This document shows, piece after piece, positions 17,193 through 26,411 of a stretch of DNA of 64,000 bases (positions are counted from its first letter, which is position 1; each line of letters begins with the position of its first letter). The notes under the pieces are model-generated. The model was not told the DNA's origin. It saw only the letters and a program-made list of their open reading frames with translations, and did no database searches. The translations under genes were made by a program, and so were the position numbers. This DNA is from a virus (Duplodnaviria > Heunggongvirae > Uroviricota > Caudoviricetes): positions 1 through 64,000 of IMG/VR virus record IMGVR_UViG_3300031414_000001; one strand, written 5' to 3'.

Positions 17193-18160
17193 TCTACCAG
17201 AATCAGAAGATCATTATCATCGAAAGATTTAACTTTCTCAATGAACATCTCATTCCATTTGTCATTTTCATTGTGAGACATACCGAACCAGCCCATTTCA
17301 CCTTTTTCGTACCAGGCATCGTCCAGTACTGCGTAAGTGCCGATAGCACCGAATACACGATCAATAATGAACTGTTCACGAGATACGTTCCAGAAGTAAT
17401 CTGGTTCACGAGCAATCCATGATTCTTCACCATCAATCTGACTCATGAGTTCTTTAAATTCTTCACGGAATGGTTGTTCCCAATACATAGAACGTGCTTT
17501 AGACATATCATCTTCATTCAACGCACGGCATTCATCCCATGAAAGATATGTATTAACAAATTCATGAGAAGCGTACAGGTCATAGTATGGCATGTACTTA
17601 ACTACTGAATCAGCAGATGCTTGTTCAATATTCCATTCACCTTTAGTGATAATATCGTGGTACTCACCATTGTTATCAAGGAAATGATCTGACCAACGAC
17701 CACCTACAGTCCACCAATCCCATTTACGATTAGGGTTAGTATAACGATAGAAACGACCATCACGGAAATCACTATATGTACCATCCATGCGATAACCATG
17801 CCAATCAGTTAGATATTCTTCGAATGACATTACATCTTTGATAAGAGTGTTGCGAATTTCCCAACCAGTAGGCAGTACTAATTCATCATCACGATTTTTG
17901 TAATGTGAGAGTTTACTGGAATACTTAGATGATACAAAAACACCATCACTGTTAAACACAGCATCGAATGTTTCTTCTTCATAAGAAGCCATGTGTTCAT
18001 CAGTTTCATCAGTTTCAATTACATATTGGTCTTTAACGCCTGTACATTCAAATTCATGATATGGCTGTAGTTTATCAGCAAGAACGTTTTTGATACTTTC
18101 TTCATCATGATTTTCTAATTCTGCTGCTGGGATACGAACAAGTACTGTAAAGTGTGACAT
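17180..18160 (-). CDS. Conserved phage protein of unknown function
   Basis: MSHFTVLV, NPNRKWDWWTVGGRW, WYEKGEMGWFG, VDCHI motifs. Confidence 0.85.
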   Translation of the reverse strand: MSHFTVLVRIPAAELENHDEESIKNVLADKLQPYHEFECTGVKDQYVIETDETDEHMASYEEETFDAVFNSDGVFVSSKYSSKLSHYKNRDDELVLPTGWEIRNTLIKDVMSFEEYLTDWHGYRMDGTYSDFRDGRFYRYTNPNRKWDWWTVGGRWSDHFLDNNGEYHDIITKGEWNIEQASADSVVKYMPYYDLYASHEFVNTYLSWDECRALNEDDMSKARSMYWEQPFREEFKELMSQIDGEESWIAREPDYFWNVSREQFIIDRVFGAIGTYAVLDDAWYEKGEMGWFGMSHNENDKWNEMFIEKVKSFDDNDLLILVDCHI

Positions 18161-18229
18161 TGATTATTACCTTAGTGTAAATATTACGTTTAATTAAAAA
18201 GTTCCCCGACGAATCAGAGAACATAAAAG

Positions 18230-18931
18230 TTAAATTCGTTGCTCAGCTTCGAATTCTTTACCACGCTTGAGGTATTCATTTGCTTTGGTTACAGCTTCGT
18301 AAAGTGTGCGACCAAAGAATGTGTGATGCCAAATACCGTCTTCGTCCATACCCTGATATGGTGCTTCACGGTGACGAATACTCCAACGAACACGTTCATT
18401 GTAGGTATCAGTCATACGTGGGTCATCAGTATTGTACTGTACAAGCCATTCGTTATTGATAGCAATTACTTCTTCAATAGAACAACCAAAGTACTTGAAT
18501 ACTTTATCACCATCTGAAATAGCTGGTTCATCATCAGCTACAGTTTCTAACCCTAAGACTTCGGTAAGTACCGCATCTTCTAGATCATAACCACTGACTA
18601 ACCATTTAGAACCATCCCACTCATATGAGTATTCTTGCTCGAAACGAACAAGATCACAAATCTGCATATCAGTTCCAGTTTCTCCACGGTCACGACCATA
18701 ATATACAGTGTAACCTTTAACTGGATCATCAAAGGTATGACCTTCTGGTTTATCACTTGAATCATCCAGAGAACTAATGTCACCATAAGATACCAACTTT
18801 TCAGCTAGTTCTTGTGAGTTATAGTTCAGTGCTAAGGTTTTACCAACACCTTCAGGATAGCCATCCCAATGTACATAAATTGTATGATACAAATCACCAA
18901 CTTTAACACTAATATTACTACGAGTTGCCAT
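18230..18931 (-). CDS. Conserved phage protein of unknown function
   Basis: MATRSNI...IYVHWDGYPEGVG...YGRDRGE. Confidence 0.85.
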   Translation of the reverse strand: MATRSNISVKVGDLYHTIYVHWDGYPEGVGKTLALNYNSQELAEKLVSYGDISSLDDSSDKPEGHTFDDPVKGYTVYYGRDRGETGTDMQICDLVRFEQEYSYEWDGSKWLVSGYDLEDAVLTEVLGLETVADDEPAISDGDKVFKYFGCSIEEVIAINNEWLVQYNTDDPRMTDTYNERVRWSIRHREAPYQGMDEDGIWHHTFFGRTLYEAVTKANEYLKRGKEFEAEQRI

Positions 18932-18940
18932 TATTTTTCC

Positions 18941-19426
18941 TTAGAGTTTTGAGAGATGTTCAGTAATCTCTGCGTTATATTTTTGTACTGTTTCTTTTAA
19001 ATCATTATAAGCAGCAGTAACAGATTCAGTACTGTAACCCTGTAAGTTAGAATCATCGTTAATGCTTATACGAAGATGGTTAAACATATATGAAATACGG
19101 CCTTCATAAACTGAGTACTCCATCATTACTGTACCGTCATCATTTGAGAATCGGATGTAATCAGAATTATGCTTATAAGATAATGTCCAGCCAGGTTTTA
19201 GAGAATTCAATTCAGCTAAAATAGTATCAATAAGAACATCAGTTTGTCCTGAATTTTCAACAAACTCATAACATCCACAGTACTTACATCCTACAGGAGA
19301 CATATCTTCATATGAATCGAAATGGCGGTGATATGGATGACCACATTCGCATTCACGTTCATCACCATATTCTGGATTATATGATTGTACTTCAATAATT
19401 CGAGTTATATATGGTTTCTGACTCAT
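18941..19426 (-). CDS. Hypothetical protein with N-terminal Cys/His metal site
   Basis: CECGHPYHRHFD...GCKYCGC. Confidence 0.8.
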   Translation of the reverse strand: MSQKPYITRIIEVQSYNPEYGDERECECGHPYHRHFDSYEDMSPVGCKYCGCYEFVENSGQTDVLIDTILAELNSLKPGWTLSYKHNSDYIRFSNDDGTVMMEYSVYEGRISYMFNHLRISINDDSNLQGYSTESVTAAYNDLKETVQKYNAEITEHLSKL

Positions 19427-19623
19427 TATTGTTCTTCTTCCTTCTGAGCTTTACCCCAGGCGAAACCACGTTTGTATTGATCATGTAAATGACCTTCAGC
19501 AATTTCAGCAGCACCATTTAAACCAGTATTCACAAATTTCATATGTGGATTATCATATTCTTCATTTTCATAACCACTACGTTTACCTTCGTAAAACGCA
19601 TTAAGTTCTTCTTCACTAAACAT
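19426..19623 (-). CDS. Hypothetical protein
   Basis: 65 aa, coupled. Confidence 0.7.
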   Translation of the reverse strand: MFSEEELNAFYEGKRSGYENEEYDNPHMKFVNTGLNGAAEIAEGHLHDQYKRGFAWGKAQKEEEQ

Positions 19624-19625
19624 TA

Positions 19626-19949
19626 TTAATCTCCATCATTCGGGTGAAAGAAAAAATCTTCGTCAGCACGATCTTTACCTACGATTGCTTTATGCATTTC
19701 GTATTCTTCCATTCGTGCTTCCTCTGCTTCTTCAGCAGCATAACGTTCTTCTTCTTCGTTCTGAAGAATTTCTTCAATTTCTTCTAAACGGTCAAACATT
19801 GTCTGTACTTGATCATACAACGCATCAAAATAGCGACGTTCAGTTTTAGACAATTGATCAGGATGAAAATCTTCCTGATACATTTTATCAATAATATCCT
19901 GCATGTCTTTTGAGGTATTCTCAAACATACAGTACTCCATATTTGGCAT
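19626..19949 (-). CDS. Hypothetical acidic protein
   Basis: MPNMEYCMFENT phage motif. Confidence 0.75.
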   Translation of the reverse strand: MPNMEYCMFENTSKDMQDIIDKMYQEDFHPDQLSKTERRYFDALYDQVQTMFDRLEEIEEILQNEEEERYAAEEAEEARMEEYEMHKAIVGKDRADEDFFFHPNDGD

Positions 19950-19950
19950 A

Positions 19951-20889
19951 TCAGTTATTCCAGTCGTACAAGTTTTTAGCTAAATCTATGATTCCTTCTG
20001 AATGAGTAATCTTTTGTACCCACTCTTGAGGAATACCATCAATACCATAGTACGCTCCAGCCAACTGACCAGTAATAGCAGCTACAGTATCGGCATCATC
20101 ACCTAAGTTCGCAGCTAAGAGTACTGCTTCCTTATATGAAGAAGTTGTTATGAAGCACCATAAAGCAGCTTCAAGTGAATCAATTACGTATCCAGTACTT
20201 TTAATAGTATCTCGTGTTTTAGATAAGATATTACTAAGATTAATCGTATTTTGAACAGTTTCATTGGTAATACCAAATTTTTCAGGATCGGTATCTTCCA
20301 TTATATCAATAATATCAATCTTATCATAACCCTGAATAGCACGGTTCAACATAATAGCGAATGCTACACATGATTGTACTGGTACTTCATTCGCATGAGT
20401 TGTAGTTGAACTTAACGCAGCATAGCGTAAGAGATCAACAAAAGCATCTGAGTACATTTCTTTTGTATTATAGAAAATAGGAATAGGAGCTAAACGCATT
20501 AGACTTCCATTACCAGCATCCATGAAATGTGTATTATGCTCTAAGGTGTTATTCTGAAGAAACTCACGAATAGCAATACGTGTTGTTGTTCCAATATCGA
20601 AACATACTCCAGTACTACTCATATATCCGTGATTCATCCAGTTAGCATAACGAGTTAACTGGTCATTTGAATCAAATCCATAACGAGCTAACAGACTTGT
20701 ACCTAAGCATAAAGCCATACTGGTATCATCTGTCCATTCTCCAGGTTTTAAATCAAATGGACCACCACCAACCATATCTGTTAAATGCTCATATGTATCA
20801 CGTTCATGGAATTCCAATGGCGTACCTAAAGCATCACCAACGGCTAATCCAACTAGAGCACCAATAGCTCTATCTCTGTTATCAATCAT
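19951..20889 (-). CDS. ADP-ribosylglycohydrolase (DraG/ARH family)
   Basis: GLAVGDALG, WTDDTSM, DIGTTT, GNGSLMRLAP, GDDADTVAAITG. Confidence 0.95.
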   Translation of the reverse strand: MIDNRDRAIGALVGLAVGDALGTPLEFHERDTYEHLTDMVGGGPFDLKPGEWTDDTSMALCLGTSLLARYGFDSNDQLTRYANWMNHGYMSSTGVCFDIGTTTRIAIREFLQNNTLEHNTHFMDAGNGSLMRLAPIPIFYNTKEMYSDAFVDLLRYAALSSTTTHANEVPVQSCVAFAIMLNRAIQGYDKIDIIDIMEDTDPEKFGITNETVQNTINLSNILSKTRDTIKSTGYVIDSLEAALWCFITTSSYKEAVLLAANLGDDADTVAAITGQLAGAYYGIDGIPQEWVQKITHSEGIIDLAKNLYDWNN

Positions 20890-21130
20890 TTATTATCCTA
20901 TTTGATTTGCCATTCTTCGAATGTCAAAGAATTTTCGTCAGTACTCACTAATCGTTCGTACTTGACTCAATTCTATTTCTAAATTAAACATTATTCACTG
21001 ACGAGATTTGGGGAGGACATTTTCATCCCCCGCAGGGGAATGAAGACGTAAAAAAAGTACACAATTGTGTACTGAGTTTAATCTGACGATGATAGTCGTC
21101 GGAATCTGTCGAATTGTGAATTTCTCTGAA

Positions 21131-21516
21131 TTTTAGATACAACTTCATTGTACTATTTCTGGAGAACGAAAGCGGGTTGCTCGGTTTCTCTCTATCACAG
21201 TCATATGCAACGGTCGGAGTTTTATACATTGCTCCACTCAGTACTGAATCTATTCGACCAAATCAGTACCTGCCATAAATGGCTCCCTTAGCGTATTGGT
21301 AAGTGACCTTATATGTCTATCGAGGGAATATCTGTATGCTTAATGTATTCCTTTATAGTGCCGCATTGCCGTGAGTGGTACAAACTATGCCAACTTCTGA
21401 CGGGTTTCTTCTGCACTTCGAACTGATTGAACTTCTCAACTGTCCAATTACGTTTTCATCGGACTAGGGTTATACTCGTCAAGGACTATCCTTGTCAATC
21501 AGAGTTGTATCTAAAA
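21131..21516 (-). ncRNA. Candidate large structured non-coding RNA (~390 nt)
   Basis: 14-bp closing stem TTTTAGATACAACT/AGTTGTATCTAAAA, nested helices, upstream promoter, no credible ORF. Confidence 0.6.
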
Positions 21517-21532
21517 ATATCGTTGTACCATC

Positions 21533-21561
21533 ATTATACCAGATAAAAATGGACCGATCCA
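21533..21561 (-). promoter_or_regulatory. TG(A/G)AAC-class promoter variant driving the candidate ncRNA
   Basis: TGGATC-N17-TATAAT with extended TGG. Confidence 0.6.
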
Positions 21562-21573
21562 AAAATCTTAATT

Positions 21574-21602
21574 AAAAAAATACCAGCACGAGGCTGGTAT
21601 TT
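21574..21602 (-). terminator. Intrinsic terminator
   Basis: AAATACCAGC-CTCGT-GCTGGTATTTTTTT. Confidence 0.8.
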
Positions 21603-21609
21603 GTGGTTC

Positions 21610-23742
21610 TTATAGGTCAGTTTTCTCAATGAGCATAACGTGACCATTTACAGGTACTTCGTAGAATGCGAAGCTTGGTACATCTGAGATGTAATATTCT
21701 GAATTATCTAGTACATACTTAGAACGAAGTTCATCAGTTAGTAATTCAAATGGGATATAGAAATCACCATTTTCTAGTCCAGTATTAACTTTCACTAGAT
21801 TAGCACCAGTAAGAAGTTCTTTAACTCCAGAAGTACGTGTTTCAGTACGTTCTTTGCGTGAAGCATGAGCGGTTAGAGCTTCCCAATCAATGATAAGATT
21901 AACTTCATCTTTCAATGAGTTGAAATCCTGTTCCATGTCAAGTAGTGCTTTGCGAATCTTAGCAGTACTGTCACGTACAAAGGTATTGTGCTTATTCACA
22001 CGATTCAAGAACTCTTGAACTAAATCGCGATCTAGAACCTGATGTAGTTCAGATACGAATTGAGCAGTAATAGCAGGTTGTTCTGGTTTCTCAATCCATC
22101 CAGTATCCAAGCTATTCATCATATCATGGAATTTCTGAATCTTCTCAATTGGAGTATTGGAACCTTCCAAGTACTTGATTAGTACTGTAGTAGGTGTGAA
22201 CAAATCCCATCCAACGATGTTATGAGAAGCAGCATATTCATCGAACTTGCCAAAGCTGATTAGAGCAACTTTAAGTTCAATGGTTTCAACTACGGTATCA
22301 CCAATACTGAACTGAGCAAGTTCTTCTTCAGTAAGAGGTTCATGGTTTTCTGAATCTGGTGCTGACGCAGTATATGTGTTGTTTTCAGATACTTCAAAAT
22401 CAACATCTGCTAGACGAATCTTAGAACCACCTAGAATGGTTTCTTCACCATCTACTTTCATAACGTCCAGTAGTTTTTGCATTTCAGCAATATTACGTTC
22501 ACGACCAGTTAATAGTGATAGTGTACGTTCTGGTAATTTATATGGTTTATCATTAGCGATAGCATCTAAATCTGAAATTAGATTTGCTATATCTTGTGAT
22601 GTTTTGTCAGTAGGTTGACTGTTGATGAAGTTCAACCATTGTTCATGTCCAGGGTGGCGTGGACTACCTGGATGTGTAGGATCAGATGCACCTGGAACTA
22701 CAGGAATTTCAGTACCTTCAATATCCATACGCAATGCTTCTTCCATAGTTAGGTTCTCACCTAGTACTGAACGAACTGATTGCATTAGTTCTTTAAGAAT
22801 ATCTTGTTCAGAACGATCTGACTTCTGTAGTTCAACTAGATTTTCTTGTAAATCAAAATCGAATACAAATTCAGCTAGATTCTGATCTTGGATATTGTAG
22901 TAATCCATCACTGATTGAATTTCAGAAATATATTCAGCATTCCCAATACGAATGTTATCAACTAAAAATACATCTTCAGAAGGATGATTTTCAATATCAA
23001 CCATTAATTCTTTATAAGCATTGTCTAGTTCAGAAAACGCATCAAGAATTTCACGCATTTCTTGTACTTCTTTTTCTTGACGTACAGCAGCATCTACAAC
23101 AGCATTTTTCTCAGATTCAATGATAAGTTCACGAACTGCTTTTAGGTTATCACGAATTTCCTGAATTTGTTCTTCAGTAAGTTCGTCATCTGGTGTACTT
23201 GGTTCTGGTGCTTCAGAACGAGCAGTTTGAAGAAGACGGACAGTACCGGTATCTTTGTTGTAAGTACTATAATCAATAACAACATTACATTGTTTCTCAA
23301 TTAGTACTAGACCTTTATCAGTACTGATTGATACAAGACCATCGTAAGTACTAAGTTGACCTAGTTTGAATTCTTTAGTCAAAAGATAATCAATTTCTGG
23401 ATCATGGTCAAAAATAATAGCCATTGCTGCTAGTGGTTCATCGGATTTTTGTTCAGCAAATGCTTCCTGTACTGAACCTTCAGTATATGCTGGGTTATCT
23501 TTAACAATATCTTCAACGACATTGATTAGACTGAATTCTTTACCATCAACTTCTAGATCAAACGTTGCTAATCCTTCAGTTGGGGTAGCTTCGATGTACA
23601 TAATAGCATTCTTAGGCGTTACTGAGTAACGAATGATGCTGACATTTCCAACTTCAGCTTGAAGCTTGTCTTTCAGTACTTGAACAGAATTGATTCCTTC
23701 AATGTTAACTAGTACTTGAATAACGGATTTAGTATTAATCAT
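21610..23742 (-). CDS. Large acidic protein, probably late/virion-associated
   Basis: Start MINTK at 23742 with GGAG RBS; preceded by TATAAATA. Confidence 0.8.
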   Translation of the reverse strand: MINTKSVIQVLVNIEGINSVQVLKDKLQAEVGNVSIIRYSVTPKNAIMYIEATPTEGLATFDLEVDGKEFSLINVVEDIVKDNPAYTEGSVQEAFAEQKSDEPLAAMAIIFDHDPEIDYLLTKEFKLGQLSTYDGLVSISTDKGLVLIEKQCNVVIDYSTYNKDTGTVRLLQTARSEAPEPSTPDDELTEEQIQEIRDNLKAVRELIIESEKNAVVDAAVRQEKEVQEMREILDAFSELDNAYKELMVDIENHPSEDVFLVDNIRIGNAEYISEIQSVMDYYNIQDQNLAEFVFDFDLQENLVELQKSDRSEQDILKELMQSVRSVLGENLTMEEALRMDIEGTEIPVVPGASDPTHPGSPRHPGHEQWLNFINSQPTDKTSQDIANLISDLDAIANDKPYKLPERTLSLLTGRERNIAEMQKLLDVMKVDGEETILGGSKIRLADVDFEVSENNTYTASAPDSENHEPLTEEELAQFSIGDTVVETIELKVALISFGKFDEYAASHNIVGWDLFTPTTVLIKYLEGSNTPIEKIQKFHDMMNSLDTGWIEKPEQPAITAQFVSELHQVLDRDLVQEFLNRVNKHNTFVRDSTAKIRKALLDMEQDFNSLKDEVNLIIDWEALTAHASRKERTETRTSGVKELLTGANLVKVNTGLENGDFYIPFELLTDELRSKYVLDNSEYYISDVPSFAFYEVPVNGHVMLIEKTDL

Positions 23743-23777
23743 ATAACACTCCATGTTGTATAAAAAAAAGGTAGAAC

Positions 23778-23785
23778 TATTTATA
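23778..23785 (-). promoter_or_regulatory. T4-type late promoter
   Basis: TATAAATA. Confidence 0.65.
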
Positions 23786-23803
23786 AATTTGATCATTCTT
23801 TGA

Positions 23804-24289
23804 TCAGTTCGATTCTTTGAGGACAGTTCTAATATCCTCGTAACTTGCACTAAGCCAGTCGAACCCTTCTGGCATTATAACTCTACCGTGATATTCATAG
23901 TAATGAACGAAGGGTAAAGTACTTTCTTGTAATAATTTGGCTATAGCTGGATTATGAGCAATCTTAGTTACTAACATATTCTCCATGATTTCTAAATCTT
24001 CATGGGATAATCCGAGAACATCCAGCCTATCATCTCTATATTTACGTCCAGCTTTTTTCGCTTCAAAACCGTGTAAGGGTCTAAGGTCGTCGTGTTGTTG
24101 TCCTGTAAGATACCAGTACCAGAATGCTTCAGCACTGGCAAAGTAACCATAAGGTTCATAGACGAAGGGGGAACGTGCGAAGTTCGATAGTAGCCGACCT
24201 AATTCAGTTCTGGCTTGACTATAGATGTTGATGTGAGTTACACCATCTTCTTCAGGATCGTAAATGGGGGTTGTATCAAATTCAAACAT
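23804..24289 (-). CDS. NADAR/YbiA-like protein
   Basis: LGRLLSNFARSPF....FASAEAFWY, AKKAG, K...NPAIAKLL pattern; start 24289. Confidence 0.55.
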   Translation of the reverse strand: MFEFDTTPIYDPEEDGVTHINIYSQARTELGRLLSNFARSPFVYEPYGYFASAEAFWYWYLTGQQHDDLRPLHGFEAKKAGRKYRDDRLDVLGLSHEDLEIMENMLVTKIAHNPAIAKLLQESTLPFVHYYEYHGRVIMPEGFDWLSASYEDIRTVLKESN

Positions 24290-24334
24290 TTTACTTCCAT
24301 GCGAAAAACCCCTCACTTGGAGGGGTTCAGGGTA

Positions 24335-24685
24335 TTAATATGGGTCTGAGTTGTGGTTTTCTTCACCAGGATTACCACGAGTGCGGTTAATGTCAATATA
24401 GACACCAGCGGCATTCTTGGCCTGGCACTGATCCATCCACCACGAGTACTGCGTCTGAGCATTCGTGATCATACCTTGCGTTGAGCAAGAACCCATTTTG
24501 TACAGTTTAACTGAACAAACCAGCGTAGCGATAATAACTGCCGCAAGCATGGTTTTCAGGAAGCGTTTCATGTTATCACCGATAACAAGAACCCAATCAT
24601 CCTTTAACCAGTACTTCGCGAACAGGAACCATACACCGAAGTTCAGAAACATAAACAACAGTACTACTAACAGATACTTAATCAT
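24335..24685 (-). CDS. Membrane protein
   Basis: Two TM segments followed by a Cys pair. Confidence 0.7.
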   Translation of the reverse strand: MIKYLLVVLLFMFLNFGVWFLFAKYWLKDDWVLVIGDNMKRFLKTMLAAVIIATLVCSVKLYKMGSCSTQGMITNAQTQYSWWMDQCQAKNAAGVYIDINRTRGNPGEENHNSDPY

Positions 24686-25016
24686 TTTTAGACTCCCATT
24701 GTGAGTGATCCATAATCCACTTTATGCGTTTTTGGTTCAAGTGGGATTTGTTTAAATACATTTCATCAATAAAATCACTATGTGATTCATTGAATGGAAA
24801 CATATGATCTAAATCTTCACTTTTGAAGATTTCTTTCAATTCAGAATACTTACTGGATACTGAACCTTTATCCACCGAATCATTATTCAGAAGATAATCC
24901 ATCCACATACGGCACAGGCCATTACGTGTGCTGAAGATTTCATGCGATGGAGTTCCTTTATTGAACCAATGAGTATAGTCGCGACAAAAGTTTGTCATTA
25001 CCGTAGACTGTTGCAT
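24678..25016 (-). CDS. Hypothetical protein
   Basis: 112 aa; GLC...FPFN...N.KRIKW. Confidence 0.75.
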   Translation of the reverse strand: MQQSTVMTNFCRDYTHWFNKGTPSHEIFSTRNGLCRMWMDYLLNNDSVDKGSVSSKYSELKEIFKSEDLDHMFPFNESHSDFIDEMYLNKSHLNQKRIKWIMDHSQWESKND

Positions 25017-25019
25017 GAA

Positions 25020-25193
25020 TTATTCCTCAGTACTGAAACATTTAGCGGTTACGATAGTAAGACTACCATTAGCAAACCGATTCTTAGCTTTAGGTAATGA
25101 CGATTTTTCACAGGTTTCAACATCCACTTTAAGTGGAATTTGAACTGTAGTTGGATTACCGTTTAATGACAAGATAAGAATTATGATTGACAT
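25020..25193 (-). CDS. Small hypothetical protein (57 aa)
   Basis: MSIIILILSLNG...CFSTEE; GAGG RBS; directly after a promoter. Confidence 0.6.
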   Translation of the reverse strand: MSIIILILSLNGNPTTVQIPLKVDVETCEKSSLPKAKNRFANGSLTIVTAKCFSTEE

Positions 25194-25225
25194 GTTGGCC
25201 TCACTTAATTTATTAACTTGATGCT

Positions 25226-25254
25226 AGTGTAACAGAACTCTCAGGATTCGTCAA
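25226..25254 (-). promoter_or_regulatory. Sigma70-type early promoter
   Basis: TTGACG-N17-TACACT. Confidence 0.7.
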
Positions 25255-25811
25255 GCACTTTTTCCAAAATTCTCAAACAAATCTATTAGAGCCAGTACTG
25301 AAATGTCATCTTCAACAAGATCATGAGTAAACGCTTCAGGTGAATCTATTTTAAACCATTTGCCGTTAACAAGCAAGTCATTATCATGAAAAACAATGCT
25401 ATGAATAACTTTCTCTGAATGAGATAAATTATGATACCAGTTCTCAACAACTTGTAACTTAACAATACGATCACGAGTACATGTAATAGTTACGTGGTAT
25501 GAAGTTAAACTTGGAGTACTTAATGAACCAGTACCGGTATATGATGTAACCGTATAGACAGCAGGTAACGTAGTTATTCCAGGCTGAGCCATTGATGATA
25601 GAGATGGTGGCATAGGCGGTGGAGAATTGTATTGTTCAGCAGATTCAGCTTTCTTAAATTTGTAAACATTAGGTTGTGGTTTACTTATAGTAAGATTATG
25701 GAACAAATAATCTTCCGCATAATCCAGTACATCAAAATTACATTTCTTAATAGTTTCAAGTAGTGATTCAACGTCTTCGAACCAATCCTTAAAGGGTATT
25801 TTTCTTTCCAT
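25251..25811 (-). CDS. Hypothetical protein
   Basis: 186 aa with an internal Pro/Ser/Thr-rich insert. Confidence 0.75.
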   Translation of the reverse strand: MERKIPFKDWFEDVESLLETIKKCNFDVLDYAEDYLFHNLTISKPQPNVYKFKKAESAEQYNSPPPMPPSLSSMAQPGITTLPAVYTVTSYTGTGSLSTPSLTSYHVTITCTRDRIVKLQVVENWYHNLSHSEKVIHSIVFHDNDLLVNGKWFKIDSPEAFTHDLVEDDISVLALIDLFENFGKSA

Positions 25812-25859
25812 ATTTGCTCCATGCGAAAAAGCTGCCCCGAAGGACAGCTTTTGTATAAC

Positions 25860-26411
25860 TTAGTGAAGTTTAATAACTTCCTGGCGATGCGTTTCGAAAG
25901 CTTTCGCGGTACGGTCATCAGTTACGATGGTACACAGCTTTTCGATGTTATTGCCTGGGTATTTAGCACTCAAGAACATGCTTGACCAGACACGACCACG
26001 GAATTCTTCGTAATCGGAACATACATCAGTTTTCTTATTTTGTGCGTTCTTAAACGCTTCACGTCCAGCATCAATCGTCACCATCAGAGTTTCATACATC
26101 TTAGGTGACAGGTTCGGCATGTTTTGCTGAACGAAAGAACGAATATAGGTTTCGTCTTTGTTGCGACCTTCAAAGTACGCTTTCAGCGTTTTCTGAAGAT
26201 CTTCAGCATACATCGCTGGAATCTGAGCTTGTTCCTGTACTTTCAGAGTATAGGTGCTCAGTTGAGTTTGACTTGCCTGATCGTTACGTTTGATGTTCGT
26301 TTCAAACGCATTGGCCTTGTTGTTTACGCTGGTGTACGTACCAACAACACCCAGGAAGCCCAATACCAGTACTACCACTGTAGCGATGATGACTGCTGTT
26401 CCGAGTTTCAT
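25860..26411 (-). CDS. LemA-like membrane-anchored protein
   Basis: Single N-terminal TM followed by a helical body; PNLS...Y..LM..I...R..F...Q pattern. Confidence 0.55.
   Translation of the reverse strand: MKLGTAVIIATVVVLVLGFLGVVGTYTSVNNKANAFETNIKRNDQASQTQLSTYTLKVQEQAQIPAMYAEDLQKTLKAYFEGRNKDETYIRSFVQQNMPNLSPKMYETLMVTIDAGREAFKNAQNKKTDVCSDYEEFRGRVWSSMFLSAKYPGNNIEKLCTIVTDDRTAKAFETHRQEVIKLH

Noticed and set aside
21023-21229. 68-aa minus-strand ORF
   Set aside because: It lies across the helices of the structured region and has atypical composition; probably spurious.
21131-21516. RNase P RNA or tmRNA assignment
   Set aside because: The P4 helix cannot be formed and there are no tRNA-like ends or tag ORF, so it was left as an unclassified RNA.
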